Source of the DNA: Amphiscolops sp. MND2022
Taxonomy: Eukaryota
Length of the DNA: 64,000 bases
Assembly: GCA_964187785.1 (NCBI GenBank)
Contig: OZ076418.1
Coordinates: 14,384,001-14,448,000 of the forward strand
Direction: 5' to 3'
A model generated the notes under the pieces. It saw only the letters and a program-made list of their open reading frames with translations. It searched no databases and was not told where the DNA came from. Of this stretch, positions 63,213-64,000 are shown piece by piece. The first letter of the stretch is position 1; every line of letters begins with the position of its first letter. A program made the position numbers and the translations under genes.

Positions 63213-63812
63213 GAGTTGGTGGGACATAGACCCCACTTTTTACTAGGCCTTGGTGGGACGGGCACAAGGTGGGACATAATAAGTGGGACACCATTTCACA
63301 CATAGTGCAAAATGCCTAAAATTGAATAAGAAACCATTTGAGAAAATGTTCCACCAAGTGCCTTACACTCCACACCTACACATTTTTACAGCGCCGACAA
63401 GCGGCCAAAAGTTGTCATCGATGAAATCCGCGTTTTTGATTGGTTAAACGGATTGTGTGTATGTCCCACCAACAATGCGTGAAATGGCCCCATGCGCCTC
63501 GGCCTCTGATTCGTTGGCGAGAATGCTGTGTGTATGTCCCACCAACGCGGGTTGTAAACATCGGCTTCTGATTGGTCGACGACATGTCGAGTGTATGTCC
63601 CACCAAGTGATGGGTTTTTGAAAAAGAACGAACGCCGACCTCGGATTGTCAAGTCGTTTCTGTCGGTGTAAGTCGCAGCAAGTATGATAATTTTCTTTTG
63701 GTCATTGACCTCTTTAAACGTTCATGTTGCTTCTTCCTAACACCACATTACTATGATTCATTCATGATGTGACCGACAGGGTATGCACCAACAATGCTTG
63801 TCCCACCAACTC
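63213..63812. mobile_element. 600-bp MITE-like element
   Basis: 14-bp TIR GAGTTGGTGGGACA / TGTCCCACCAACTC; internal repeats of GTATGTCCCACCAA; no coding capacity. Confidence 0.65.
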
Positions 63813-64000
63813 CAAGTTTCGAACAGTTTTTGAAAATCAATTCTATCCTTTTCAGAAAGGCTGCAGAATGAAGATATCATAACTGCATTAGCGAAATTTC
63901 TCGCATTTACAAAGTAATTTATTCACCTATTCACAAAACCACCCCCCCAAGCAAAAGAGTAAAATGAAACAAAATAAATACTCAACAACGATTTCAAGGT

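Overview
Eukaryotic, AT-rich, repeat-dense window made almost entirely of nested Ty3/Gypsy LTR retrotransposons (PR-RT-RH-IN order). Two are complete with target-site duplications: E1 (11325-27215, +, 1.7-kb LTRs, TSD CTGAG) and E2 (31295-43876, -, 248-bp LTRs, TSD GCACC). Two are truncated: E0 (~5800-11324, -) and E3 (~49740-63201, -). The main discovery is an architecture shared by these divergent elements. (1) E1, E2 and E3 each carry, downstream of integrase and antisense to gag-pol, a multi-exon gene with a BED-like C2H2 finger and a hAT-transposase-like C-terminal region; several intron positions and phases are shared, and the E2 copy splices into an open ~1294-aa frame. (2) In E1 and E2 a sense CxxC ORF runs across the position where the polypurine tract should be and stops inside the 3' LTR. 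(3) In E0, E1 and E2 gag starts inside the 5' LTR and reads through a tRNA-Leu primer-binding site, which in E2 is a 45-nt copy of the tRNA 3' half. The window also holds a decayed chuvirus-like (class III fusion) glycoprotein gene, a 5.7-kb TIR element with zinc-finger remnants inserted in the E3 cargo gene, a ~3-kb tandem duplication preserving the empty E2 site, a tRNA-derived SINE, a MITE and one Kelch-repeat exon. Homology calls are from motif recognition by eye; no searches were run.
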